A stretch of DNA of 64,000 bases from Candidatus Omnitrophota bacterium (GTDB lineage: Bacteria > Omnitrophota > Gorgyraeia > 1-14-0-20-64-10): NCBI GenBank assembly GCA_023248155.1, contig JAHFFE010000003.1, positions 108-64,107 on the forward strand, given 5' to 3'. The notes under the pieces were generated by a model, which was not told the DNA's origin, did not search any database, and worked only from the letters and a program-made list of their open reading frames with translations. Below are positions 38,825 to 47,765 of this stretch, piece after piece (the first letter of the stretch is position 1; each line of letters begins with the position of its first letter). The position numbers and the translations under genes are program-made.

Positions 38825-38854
38825 ACTATACCTGCCGTGTAGTGAAAAAGTCAA
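38825..38854 (-). promoter_or_regulatory. Putative sigma70 promoter for the riboswitch leader
   Basis: Minus strand TTGACT-18 nt-TATAGT, about 30 nt upstream of the distal aptamer. Confidence 0.6.
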
Positions 38855-38930
38855 GGGGTCGATGAAATTTTTATATCTACATAATGCTATTGATAGCAAC
38901 AGGTTATGTTCATATGATACAATAACCGCC

Positions 38931-39857
38931 ATGGAAATTCAGGACTCACCCTATTTAAAACAATTGTTTGTCTGCGTCAACAAGAAAGAGCAGGGGAAAT
39001 CGTGCTGCGCCGACAAACAGGGAGAGCTGATCCGCGATCGGCTCAAGGCTTATGTCAACGACCATGGCTTGAAGGGAAAAGTACGTGTTTCCGGATCGGG
39101 CTGCGTTGATTTTTGCGAGCAGGGTGCCAACATCATGGTTTACCCGGATTATAAGTGGTATTCGCATGTGACACCGGCCGATCTCGATAAAATCATCGAA
39201 ACGGAATTAAAACCGCTGGTGCCGGCACTCGACGCCGGTTCTTCGGGACCGAAACCGGTCCAGGCCTTTTTGTTCGATCTGGGCAATGTGTTAATCCGGT
39301 TTGATCATATGCTGGCGGCCAAACGGCTGACGAACCGCACCGCGATCCCGCCGCTGGCGCTCTATCAATTGGTGTATGAATCGCCGCTGGTGACCGATCA
39401 CGATGAAGGGCGCATTTCAACGCGCCAGTTTTACGAAGGGGTGCAGCAGCAACTGGGCGTCAAGATTCCATACGAGGAATTCGTCGATGTCTGGAACGAG
39501 ATTTTTTGGGAAGAGAAAGAGATGACCAGCCGCGTCGAGTGGCTGCTGCAAAATTATCCCGGATACCTGATCTCGAACACGAACCGTCTTCATTTTGATT
39601 ATTTGCGCCGCTGGTACCCTGTATTGGAGAAATTGAACGGCTGGATTTTATCGTACGAAGTCGGCGCGCTCAAACCCAAGCCGGAAATTTATCAGCGCGC
39701 GCTGGAGATGATCAAGCTGCCGGCTTCGAAAGTTCTCTACATTGATGACCGCGCCGATCTGATTGAGGCCGGCCGCCGTCTCGGATTCCAGACGCACCGG
39801 TTCACCGGATGGCAGGCATTTTCGCGTGATCTGCAGACCCGCGGAATTTTCGTTTGA
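38931..39857 (+). CDS. Fusion of a thioredoxin-like [2Fe-2S] ferredoxin and a HAD-family phosphatase
   Basis: N-terminal VCVN...SCC...SGCVDFCEQG...VYPD..WY; then FLFDLGNVL, SNTN, KPKPEIY, IDDR. Confidence 0.8.
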   Translation: MEIQDSPYLKQLFVCVNKKEQGKSCCADKQGELIRDRLKAYVNDHGLKGKVRVSGSGCVDFCEQGANIMVYPDYKWYSHVTPADLDKIIETELKPLVPALDAGSSGPKPVQAFLFDLGNVLIRFDHMLAAKRLTNRTAIPPLALYQLVYESPLVTDHDEGRISTRQFYEGVQQQLGVKIPYEEFVDVWNEIFWEEKEMTSRVEWLLQNYPGYLISNTNRLHFDYLRRWYPVLEKLNGWILSYEVGALKPKPEIYQRALEMIKLPASKVLYIDDRADLIEAGRRLGFQTHRFTGWQAFSRDLQTRGIFV

Positions 39858-39923
39858 ACGATCGGGCACTGTCATTCCATTAAAATTGACTATTCGGCGG
39901 CCCTCCGCTATTCTAAAAAGAAT

Positions 39924-40808
39924 ATGTCTTCCCTAGAGTCCAACATTAAGGCCCTCATCAAGCTGCTGGGGGATGACCATCCGGATGTGGTGGAAGCGGC
40001 GCGATTAAAACTCGTTGAAATGGGCGATACGGCGCTTCCTTTCCTGGAGAAAACAGCGCTCTCCGGCGAAGATTCCAAAACGCGCGTGGAAGCCAAGCAG
40101 GTGATGGAAGGGATTCGTTTGGCATCGCTCAACCGTGATTGGGCGGCGAACGCCCGTCTTTCCGATAAGAAGCTCGATCTGGAACTGTCCGTTTTTCTGC
40201 TGGCGAAAGTATTGTATCCCGCGCTGCGGTTTGCGGAATATCAGCAGAAACTCGATGAGCTGGCTGAGAAAGTCCGCCGTAAAATCCGCTGGCTCCGGAA
40301 GCCGGAATCGCGCCTGGCTGCGATGAATGCCGTGTTGTTTGATGACGAAAAATTTCAGGGTAACTGGGGCGATTATTTTGATCCGCAGAACAGTTATCTC
40401 AACGCTGTACTCGATCGCAAGGTTGGCATCCCGATCAGCTTGTCGGTGCTGGTTCTGCTGATCGCCAAGCGAGCGAAAATTCCTCTTAAAGGCGTCGGGA
40501 TTCCGGGCCATTTCATGGTGAAATACCAGGACGATCAGCGCGAAATTTATCTGGATCCGTTTAACGGCGGCCGGATGCTGACGCGGCCTGAGTGCGTGCA
40601 GTTTATTTTGGAGGCCGGTTTCCCATATCAAAAGGAATTTCTGGAGCCTGTTTCATCGCGCGATATCCTGGGACGGATGCTGCGCAACTTGATTTTGATT
40701 TACTTGGACCGTCATGAAAAAACGCTTGAAAAAACATTGACCCGCTTCCTTGATCTAATTTATGAAGAGACGGGCTTTCAAATAAAACCGCTGGGAGAAC
40801 TTGAATAA
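39924..40808 (+). CDS. SirB1 / transglutaminase-like domain protein
   Basis: Y.DPQNSYL..VLDRKVGIPISLS, GIPGHF, DPFNGG, RMLRNL. Confidence 0.85.
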   Translation: MSSLESNIKALIKLLGDDHPDVVEAARLKLVEMGDTALPFLEKTALSGEDSKTRVEAKQVMEGIRLASLNRDWAANARLSDKKLDLELSVFLLAKVLYPALRFAEYQQKLDELAEKVRRKIRWLRKPESRLAAMNAVLFDDEKFQGNWGDYFDPQNSYLNAVLDRKVGIPISLSVLVLLIAKRAKIPLKGVGIPGHFMVKYQDDQREIYLDPFNGGRMLTRPECVQFILEAGFPYQKEFLEPVSSRDILGRMLRNLILIYLDRHEKTLEKTLTRFLDLIYEETGFQIKPLGELE

Positions 40809-41641
40809 TGAAGATTCGGATTGGACACAGCCCCGACCCCGATGATGCCTTTTTATTTTACGGGATGACGCAGGGCAAGATTCCGCTGAACGGTTTTACC
40901 GTCGAGCATTTCCTGGACGGCATCGAAGAGTTGAATCAGCGCGCGCTGAAGGGCGAGATGGAGATGACGGCCATTTCACTGCATGCCTATCCGTACTGCG
41001 CCGATAAATACAAGATTCTGACGGCGGGGGCCAGCGTGGGCGAAGGCTACGGGCCGATCGTTGTGTCAAAAAAGCCGATGGAACTGGCCGATCTTAAGAA
41101 AGTGCGCGTCGCGGTTCCCGGAACGATGACGACCGCGTCATTGATGCTGCAGCTGGCGCTGGGGCAAGCGATGAAATTTGAAGTACTGCCGTTTGACAAG
41201 ATATTGGAGGCGGTGCGCGACGGCGCCGTCGACGCCGGTGTGATCATCCACGAGGGCCAGATCACTTATCCGGAATTCGGCGTTCATAAAATTCTCGACC
41301 TGGGAGACTGGTGGGAAAAAGAGACGAAACTTCCGGCGCCGCTCGGCGTGAATGTGGTGCGCAAGGATCTGGGCGAGAAAACGATGGTTGATCTGGCGCG
41401 GCTGTTCAAGCAGAGCCTTGATTATTCGTACGCGCACCGGCAGGAAGCGGTGGAGTACTCAATGAAATATGGGCGCGGTTTGAATGCCAGTCTGACCGAT
41501 AAATTTATCGGCATGTATGTGAACCGTTGGGCTGTTGATTGCCGGCCCGATGCCGCGCGCGCGATGCAGCTGCTGCTGGACCGTGCCGCCGACGCGAAAC
41601 TGACGCCGCGCAAGGTTCAGTTGGAATTTGTGGAGATATAA
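40808..41641 (+). CDS. mqnD: 1,4-dihydroxy-6-naphthoate synthase (futalosine pathway)
   Basis: GHSPDPDDAF, GYGP, IIHEGQ, DLG.WW, PLG, YVN. Confidence 0.88.
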   Translation: MKIRIGHSPDPDDAFLFYGMTQGKIPLNGFTVEHFLDGIEELNQRALKGEMEMTAISLHAYPYCADKYKILTAGASVGEGYGPIVVSKKPMELADLKKVRVAVPGTMTTASLMLQLALGQAMKFEVLPFDKILEAVRDGAVDAGVIIHEGQITYPEFGVHKILDLGDWWEKETKLPAPLGVNVVRKDLGEKTMVDLARLFKQSLDYSYAHRQEAVEYSMKYGRGLNASLTDKFIGMYVNRWAVDCRPDAARAMQLLLDRAADAKLTPRKVQLEFVEI

Positions 41642-41647
41642 AGGCTG

Positions 41648-42073
41648 ATGCCTGATCCTGAAATTCGTTTATTCACGCTGGAAGAAGCAGAAGCGGTTCT
41701 GCCCGAAATTCGGACGGTTCTGAACCGTTTGCGCGGACAGAAGAAGAAGGTGGAATTGCTCGAAGACCAGAAAGCGGTCGAACAGCTGACCTGGCTGCAG
41801 CCGGACGGCAGTGTCAGCCCGAAAGCGGGCGATGCGATCGTGCGGATTGAGCGCCAGCAGTTAAAAGAAGCCAAGATGTTTACCGATCTTTTGAAGCGGG
41901 TCTCTGATCTGGGCGCGCAGTTAAAAGACCTCGACGCGGGCCTGCTCGATTTCTTTGCGATGCGCGGGGACGAGCTGGTGCTGCTTTGCTGGCGGGACGG
42001 GGAAGAGCGAATTGCTTATTGGCATGATCTGGAATCGGGTTTTCAGGGCCGGCGGCCGATAGAGGAATTTTAG
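41648..42073 (+). CDS. DUF2203 family protein
   Basis: FTLEEAE.VLP, KDLD.GLLDF, LCW..GE....WH....GF.GRRP. Confidence 0.85.
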   Translation: MPDPEIRLFTLEEAEAVLPEIRTVLNRLRGQKKKVELLEDQKAVEQLTWLQPDGSVSPKAGDAIVRIERQQLKEAKMFTDLLKRVSDLGAQLKDLDAGLLDFFAMRGDELVLLCWRDGEERIAYWHDLESGFQGRRPIEEF

Positions 42074-42074
42074 A

Positions 42075-42806
42075 ATGGATATTAAAGGCAAAGTGATTTT
42101 GGTGACGGGGGGAGCAAAGCGCGTGGGCCGCGTTATTGCGGAAGGGTTGGCCGCGCGCGGCGCCTCAATCGCGATCACCTACCGGACTTCCGATGTTGAA
42201 GCGAAAGATGCGCTCCGGATGCTCCGCCGGCATGGCGTTGAGGCCGTGGCGGCATGCGTCGATCAACGAAAACCGGCGCAGATCCGTGCCGCGGTCCGTT
42301 CGATTGAAAAAGCGCTCGGTCCCGTCGATGCGTTGATTAACAGCGCTTCCAGTTTTTATCCGGTCTCGCTCGAAAAAACAACAGAAGCCGTCTGGAATGA
42401 TCTGATTGAAACCAATCTGGCCGGGCCGTTCTGGTTCGCGCAGGCGCTGGGTCCGAAAATGAAACGGCGCGGCCGCGGCAAAATTATCAATATGATTGAT
42501 GTATCGGTGGAATCACCCTGGATTGATTATCTGCCGTACTCGGCAGCCAAGGGCGGTTTGGCGACGCTGACCAAGGGATTGGCCAAGGCGTTAGCGCCGG
42601 CGGTTCAGGTGAATGGGATTTCGCCGGGGCCGATTCTGTTTCCATCCGGAATCTCGGCGGCTGAGAAAAAGAAAGTTTTGGAGAAAACCCTCTTAAAGAG
42701 GGTGGGGTCTCCGGAGGATATTTTACGGGCCGTCGTTTATCTGCTCGAATCCGATTTTGTGACGGGAATAATCATGCCGGTGGACGGAGGCCGTTTGCTT
42801 GCGTAA
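42075..42806 (+). CDS. SDR oxidoreductase, pteridine reductase/FolM-like
   Basis: TGGAKRVG, NSASSF, YSAAK, VDGGR. Confidence 0.85.
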   Translation: MDIKGKVILVTGGAKRVGRVIAEGLAARGASIAITYRTSDVEAKDALRMLRRHGVEAVAACVDQRKPAQIRAAVRSIEKALGPVDALINSASSFYPVSLEKTTEAVWNDLIETNLAGPFWFAQALGPKMKRRGRGKIINMIDVSVESPWIDYLPYSAAKGGLATLTKGLAKALAPAVQVNGISPGPILFPSGISAAEKKKVLEKTLLKRVGSPEDILRAVVYLLESDFVTGIIMPVDGGRLLA

Positions 42807-43203
42807 ACCTTTAAATATTCCGATTGCCGTTATTATCGAGGGGCCGAAAATTCTCATTTCACAGCGTGCCCCCGAAGATTCATTCGGCGGCTACTGGGAA
42901 TTTCCGGGCGGCAAGGTGGAGCTGGGTGAAACGATGGAGCAGGGACTGATCCGCGAAATACAGGAAGAGTTGGGCGTGCAGATCCTCATTACGCGCAAAC
43001 GGATGATCATCACGCACCCGTATCCGCATCGCACGATCCGTTTGCATTGCTACGACTGCCAATTGACCTCCGGTGAGCCGCGCGCGATTGAATGCGCCGA
43101 TTGGAAATGGGTTTTTCCGCAGGAACTGGCCGCATTTACATTTCCGCCTGCGAGCGCACGGCTGATTCAATCATTGCAGAATCTGGAGAACAACAGCGAA
43201 TGA
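42799..43203 (+). CDS. mutT: MutT-like Nudix hydrolase
   Basis: WEFPGGKVE.GE......REIQEELG, FPPA. Confidence 0.8.
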   Translation: MRKPLNIPIAVIIEGPKILISQRAPEDSFGGYWEFPGGKVELGETMEQGLIREIQEELGVQILITRKRMIITHPYPHRTIRLHCYDCQLTSGEPRAIECADWKWVFPQELAAFTFPPASARLIQSLQNLENNSE

Positions 43204-44003
43204 ACGCGTTGCAGGGATATTTGGATACGGCCGTGAAGGCCGCTTTGTCGGGCGGCGCTATTTTGCAAAAGAATTACGGCAAGTTAAGCCGCGGCCAGGT
43301 GCATGCAAAAGGTCATCATGACTGGGTCACCGATGTGGATCATGCGTCTGAAAAAGCGGTGCTCGGCATCATCACGAAGAAATATCCGAAGCATGCGATT
43401 ATGGCCGAGGAATCAGCGCCGAAAGCGGCTATGGAGGAATGCCAATGGTTGATCGATCCGCTCGACGGAACGATCAACTACCTGCACGGGTTCCCGATGT
43501 TTTGTGTTTCAATCGCGCTGGTCTACGAGGGACAGCTGGCCGCCGGCGTTATTTATGATCCGTTCAAGAAAGAACTGTTTACCGCGCTGCGCGGCAGCGG
43601 CGCTTATTTGAATAAAAAACGGTTGAAGGTCTCGGGCCGCAAGCATCTGGAAGAATCGCTGCTGGCGACGGGGTTCCCGTTTCGCGCGCAGGACAAGCTC
43701 GATGTTTATCTGCAGTCGTTCAAGACGGTCTTCCTGAAAACCGGTTCGATTCGCCGGCCGGGTTCTGCGGCGCTCGATTTGGCCTATGTCGCTTGCGGCA
43801 GGCTCGACGGGTTCTGGGAAATGTCGCTGCAGCCCTGGGATATCGGCGCCGGCGCGCTGATGATTACAGAGGCCGGGGGCAAAGTAACCAATTTTTTTGG
43901 CAAGGAAACTTTTCTGCGCGATGGCCATGTCGCCTCGGGAAGCCCATTAATTCACAAACAGTTGTTAGAGACTATTTCACCGATCTTTCGAGGTAAAATA
44001 TAG
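43200..44003 (+). CDS. suhB: Inositol monophosphatase family protein
   Basis: WLIDPLDGTINY, GSAALDLAYVACGR, PWDIGAG; ATG 43200. Confidence 0.9.
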   Translation: MNALQGYLDTAVKAALSGGAILQKNYGKLSRGQVHAKGHHDWVTDVDHASEKAVLGIITKKYPKHAIMAEESAPKAAMEECQWLIDPLDGTINYLHGFPMFCVSIALVYEGQLAAGVIYDPFKKELFTALRGSGAYLNKKRLKVSGRKHLEESLLATGFPFRAQDKLDVYLQSFKTVFLKTGSIRRPGSAALDLAYVACGRLDGFWEMSLQPWDIGAGALMITEAGGKVTNFFGKETFLRDGHVASGSPLIHKQLLETISPIFRGKI

Positions 44004-44005
44004 TT

Positions 44006-44932
44006 ATGGAGAATGTAGTGATTCTTGGATCCGGCTGCGCCGGATATACGGCCGCGGTTTACGCGGCGCGCGCGAATTTAAAACCGCTGTTAATCGGCGG
44101 TGGTCAGCCGGGCGGCCAGCTCGCGACCACCACTGAAGTGGAAAACTTTCCCGGTTTCCCGGAAGGAATTCAGGGTCCGGAATTAATGGAACGGATGCGC
44201 AAGCAGGCCGAACGGTTCGGTACCCGCTTTATGAATGCGCAGATCACGAAGGTTGATCTTTCCAAGCAGCCGTTTAAGCTCTGGGCCGAAGAGGTTGAGA
44301 TTGTTTCCCAGACGGTGATTATTGCCACAGGCGCTTCCGCCAAATACCTAGGGCTTCCGTCGGAAAAAGCGCTTCTCGGTTATGGCGTCTCAGCCTGCGC
44401 GACCTGTGACGGATTCTTTTTCCGCGGCAAGGAGATTGTCGTGGTCGGCGGCGGCGATAGCGCGATGGAAGAGGCCACTTTCCTGACGCGGTTTGCCACG
44501 AAGGTGACCGTGATTCACCGCGGCGATTCGTTCCGCGCGTCAAAAATCATGCTGGAACGGGCGAAGGCCAATCCGAAAATTCAGTGGATCATGAATACCG
44601 AAGTGCTGGAAGTCAAAGATCCGGCGAAGAAAAAAGTATCCGGTGTCCGCTTGAAGAACCGTGTTACCGGCGAGGAAAGCGATTTTGCCTGCGAGGGATT
44701 CTTTCTGGCGATCGGGCATCAGCCGAACACCGGGTTTCTGGCCGGACAGGTGGAACTCGATGCGAAAGGGTATCTGGTCATCAAGCATGGTTCGACGCAT
44801 ACCTCGGTTGAAGGGGTATTCGGCTGCGGTGATGTGCATGACATCCGCTACAAGCAGGCGATCAGCGCTGCGGGCTGGGGGTGTATGTCGGCTCTGGATT
44901 GTGAACGGTATCTGGCGGAAAAAGCATCATGA
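44006..44932 (+). CDS. trxB: Thioredoxin reductase
   Basis: GGQL, VENFPGF, CATCDG, GGGDSAMEEA. Confidence 0.96.
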   Translation: MENVVILGSGCAGYTAAVYAARANLKPLLIGGGQPGGQLATTTEVENFPGFPEGIQGPELMERMRKQAERFGTRFMNAQITKVDLSKQPFKLWAEEVEIVSQTVIIATGASAKYLGLPSEKALLGYGVSACATCDGFFFRGKEIVVVGGGDSAMEEATFLTRFATKVTVIHRGDSFRASKIMLERAKANPKIQWIMNTEVLEVKDPAKKKVSGVRLKNRVTGEESDFACEGFFLAIGHQPNTGFLAGQVELDAKGYLVIKHGSTHTSVEGVFGCGDVHDIRYKQAISAAGWGCMSALDCERYLAEKAS

Positions 44933-45693
44933 CAGACAAACTGTTTAGACTCGACGGAAAAGTGGCGCTGGTTACGGGCGCCTCGCGCGGTTTGGGAAAG
45001 GCGATGGCATTGGCGCTGGCCAGGGCCGGAGCCGATATTGCCGTGAATTCGCGGACCGCAGCGGCGCTGGCCGAGGTTGTTTCCGAAATAAAAGCGCTGG
45101 GCCGCAAAGTCATTGCGGTCCCGGGTGATGTCAGCGATGAATCGGCGGCGCAGAAAATCGCCGATGCTGTCTGTAAGCAGCTGGGCCGCATTGATATTTT
45201 GCTCAACAATGCCGGTGTGTGGGAAGGGTCCTACCTGGTCCGCCTGAAGAAAGAAGACTGGGATCATGTACTGCAGGTGAACCTGACCGGCACATTCCTG
45301 CTTTCGAAGGCGGTCGGGAAAGTAATGCTGAAGCAGAAGTCGGGCAAGATCATCAGCATGGCATCGATTCTCGGATTCAAACCGAGTCCGCAAACGCTCG
45401 CCTATTCAGCCACGAAAGCGGCTGTGATTCAGATGACGCGCATCATGGCGCTGGAACTGGGGCCTGCCGGCATTCAGGTCAACGCGATCGCGCCCGGATT
45501 TTTCTTCACCGATATGACGAAGCGGTATTCGGAAAACGAAGAAGCGATCAAGGCGTATGAAGCGAAGAGCCCCTCGCGGCGGTGCGGCCAGCCGGAAGAT
45601 TTAGAGGGAATTGTGGTTTTTCTTTCTTCAAAAGCCTCAGATCATATCACCGGACAGACGATTGCGATTGATGGCGGAGAGAGCCTGGCCTAA
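44929..45693 (+). CDS. SDR oxidoreductase (FabG/KduD-like)
   Basis: TGASRGLG, NNAG, YSATK, VNAIAPG. Confidence 0.88.
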   Translation: MTDKLFRLDGKVALVTGASRGLGKAMALALARAGADIAVNSRTAAALAEVVSEIKALGRKVIAVPGDVSDESAAQKIADAVCKQLGRIDILLNNAGVWEGSYLVRLKKEDWDHVLQVNLTGTFLLSKAVGKVMLKQKSGKIISMASILGFKPSPQTLAYSATKAAVIQMTRIMALELGPAGIQVNAIAPGFFFTDMTKRYSENEEAIKAYEAKSPSRRCGQPEDLEGIVVFLSSKASDHITGQTIAIDGGESLA

Positions 45694-45699
45694 CGGCGT

Positions 45700-46296
45700 A
45701 TGGCGATTATTCTGTTTTCTGTTTTATTGGCGGGAGTAGTTCTTTTAATGTTATACGGAGGAGCCCGATCCATGAGTGTATTACTCGGAAAACAAGTAGT
45801 GATGGTGATCGCCTCCAATCAGTTTCGCGATGAAGAATATTTCACGCCGCGGAAAATTCTGGAATCCGCCGGCGCTAAAGTGACGGTGGCTTCTTCCCGC
45901 CTTGATGAAGCGACCGGAATGCTGGGCGGCAAGGTAAAGCCCGATATTCTTTTGAAGCAGGTCAATGTGCTCGATTACAGCGCCGTTGTTTTTGTGGGCG
46001 GCATGGGCGCGACTGAATACTGGGATGATCCGGTGGCGCACGCGCTGGCGAAAGCATCATTTCAGGCCGGTAAGCCGACGGCAGCCATCTGCCTGGCGCC
46101 GATGACGCTGGCCAATGCCGGCTTGCTGCAGGAAAAAAAAGCGACGATCTGGAAAGATGCGGCCGCTGAGTTCAAAGCCAAAGGCGTTAATTATACCGGC
46201 AGTCCCGTTGAAAAATCAGGCAATCTGATTACCGGGTCGGGTCCCGATGCCGCTGAGGCGTTCGGAAATTTGTTAGTCGAGGCGCTCTCATCCTGA
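45700..46296 (+). CDS. DJ-1/PfpI family protein
   Basis: FRDEE, FVGGMG, AAICLAP; alternative start at ATG 45772 behind GGAGGAG. Confidence 0.88.
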   Translation: MAIILFSVLLAGVVLLMLYGGARSMSVLLGKQVVMVIASNQFRDEEYFTPRKILESAGAKVTVASSRLDEATGMLGGKVKPDILLKQVNVLDYSAVVFVGGMGATEYWDDPVAHALAKASFQAGKPTAAICLAPMTLANAGLLQEKKATIWKDAAAEFKAKGVNYTGSPVEKSGNLITGSGPDAAEAFGNLLVEALSS

Positions 46297-47765
46297 AACG
46301 ATTTATTCTCGCGATTGACCAGGGAACCACCGGCACTCGCGCGATCCTTTACGATAAATCCGGCCGCGTTGCCGCACAGGCCTATCGTGAACTAAAACAA
46401 TATTTCCCCAAGCCCGGCTGGGTCGAACATGATCCGGACGAAATATGGAACTCCACATTGTTCGTCATCGGTCAGGCATTGAAAATAGCGAAGACCTCGT
46501 CTGCTTCGATTGCCGCGATTGGCATCACCAACCAGCGTGAAACGACCATTCTCTGGGATCGTCAAACCGGCAAGCCGGTCCACCGCGCGATTGTCTGGCA
46601 GGACCGCCGCACTTCCGATCTCTGCAAGCGGCTGAAAAAGAAAGAACTGCTGGTTCGTAAAATCACGGGACTGGTTCTCGACCCTTATTTTTCCGGAACG
46701 AAAATCGCATGGCTGCTGAAGAATCCGGCGATCCGCCGGTTGGCGCAGCAAAAACGGCTGGCGTTCGGTACGCCCGATTCCTGGCTGCTCTGGAAACTGA
46801 CCGGCGGAAAAATCCATGCCACTGATGTAACGAACGCCTCGCGCACATTATTATGGGATCTTTCCAGAAAACAATGGTCCGCTCCGATGCTTCGGATGCT
46901 GGGAATTCCGGCTTCGATTTTGCCGCGCGTTCATCCGTCCGGTTTTGTTTTTGGAACGACGGTAAAGCAGGGGCCGTTGGCGGCAGGGATTCCGATCGCC
47001 GGAATTGCCGGTGATCAGCAGGCCGCGTTATTCGGTCAGGGCTGCGTGAAGCCGGGTCAGGCGAAAAACACGTACGGCACCGGCTGTTTTCTTTTGATGC
47101 AGACCGGAAAGAAGAAAATTATTTCGAAGAACGGTTTATTGACGACCGCTGTTTGCGACGAAAAGGGCCGGCCGGCTTACGGACTGGAAGGCGCTGTCTT
47201 TATTGCCGGCGCTGCCGTGCAGTGGCTGCGTGACGGGTTAAAGATTATTAAAAAAGCATCCGAGACGGAAAAGATGGCCCGCTCGGTTCCGGACAGCGGC
47301 GGTGTCTATATGGTTCCGGCATTTGTCGGACTGGGCGCGCCGTACTGGAATCCGGATGCGCGCGGGTTAATCTGCGGTCTAACGCGCGGCACCGGGCCGG
47401 CGCACTTGGTGCGTGCCACGCTCGAATCAATCGCGTATCAGTCGGAAGAACTGGTTGATGCGATGCAAAAAGACAGTGGAATCCGTCTTAAGCGATTGCA
47501 GGTCGACGGCGGCGCCGTTAAAAATAATTTCTTGTTGGAAATACAGGCGAACCTGCTCGGTGTTCCGGTCGCGCGTCCGCGCAATGTGGAGACAACGGCG
47601 ATGGGCGCCGCTCAACTGGCGGGGCTGACGATTCGGTTTTGGTCGACCGCTCAATTGCAGCGGATGCGGCAGGCCGATAAAACTTTTTTGCCGAAATGGT
47701 CTGCGGCGCGCCGGAAGCAGGCGGTGGCGGGTTGGAAGAAAGCGGTTTCACGCGCTTTATTATGA
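46293..47765 (+). CDS. glpK: Glycerol kinase
   Basis: ILAIDQGTTG lies upstream of the ORF-track start; GITNQRET, WQDRR, GDQQAA, KNTYGTG; inferred CTG start. Confidence 0.93.
   Translation: MKRFILAIDQGTTGTRAILYDKSGRVAAQAYRELKQYFPKPGWVEHDPDEIWNSTLFVIGQALKIAKTSSASIAAIGITNQRETTILWDRQTGKPVHRAIVWQDRRTSDLCKRLKKKELLVRKITGLVLDPYFSGTKIAWLLKNPAIRRLAQQKRLAFGTPDSWLLWKLTGGKIHATDVTNASRTLLWDLSRKQWSAPMLRMLGIPASILPRVHPSGFVFGTTVKQGPLAAGIPIAGIAGDQQAALFGQGCVKPGQAKNTYGTGCFLLMQTGKKKIISKNGLLTTAVCDEKGRPAYGLEGAVFIAGAAVQWLRDGLKIIKKASETEKMARSVPDSGGVYMVPAFVGLGAPYWNPDARGLICGLTRGTGPAHLVRATLESIAYQSEELVDAMQKDSGIRLKRLQVDGGAVKNNFLLEIQANLLGVPVARPRNVETTAMGAAQLAGLTIRFWSTAQLQRMRQADKTFLPKWSAARRKQAVAGWKKAVSRALL

Noticed and set aside
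47696-47761. GGLEES in the ORF-track N-terminus of glpD as another GLEE motif
   Set aside because: It lies upstream of the real ATG (47762), in an alternative frame of the glpK 3' end; coincidental.
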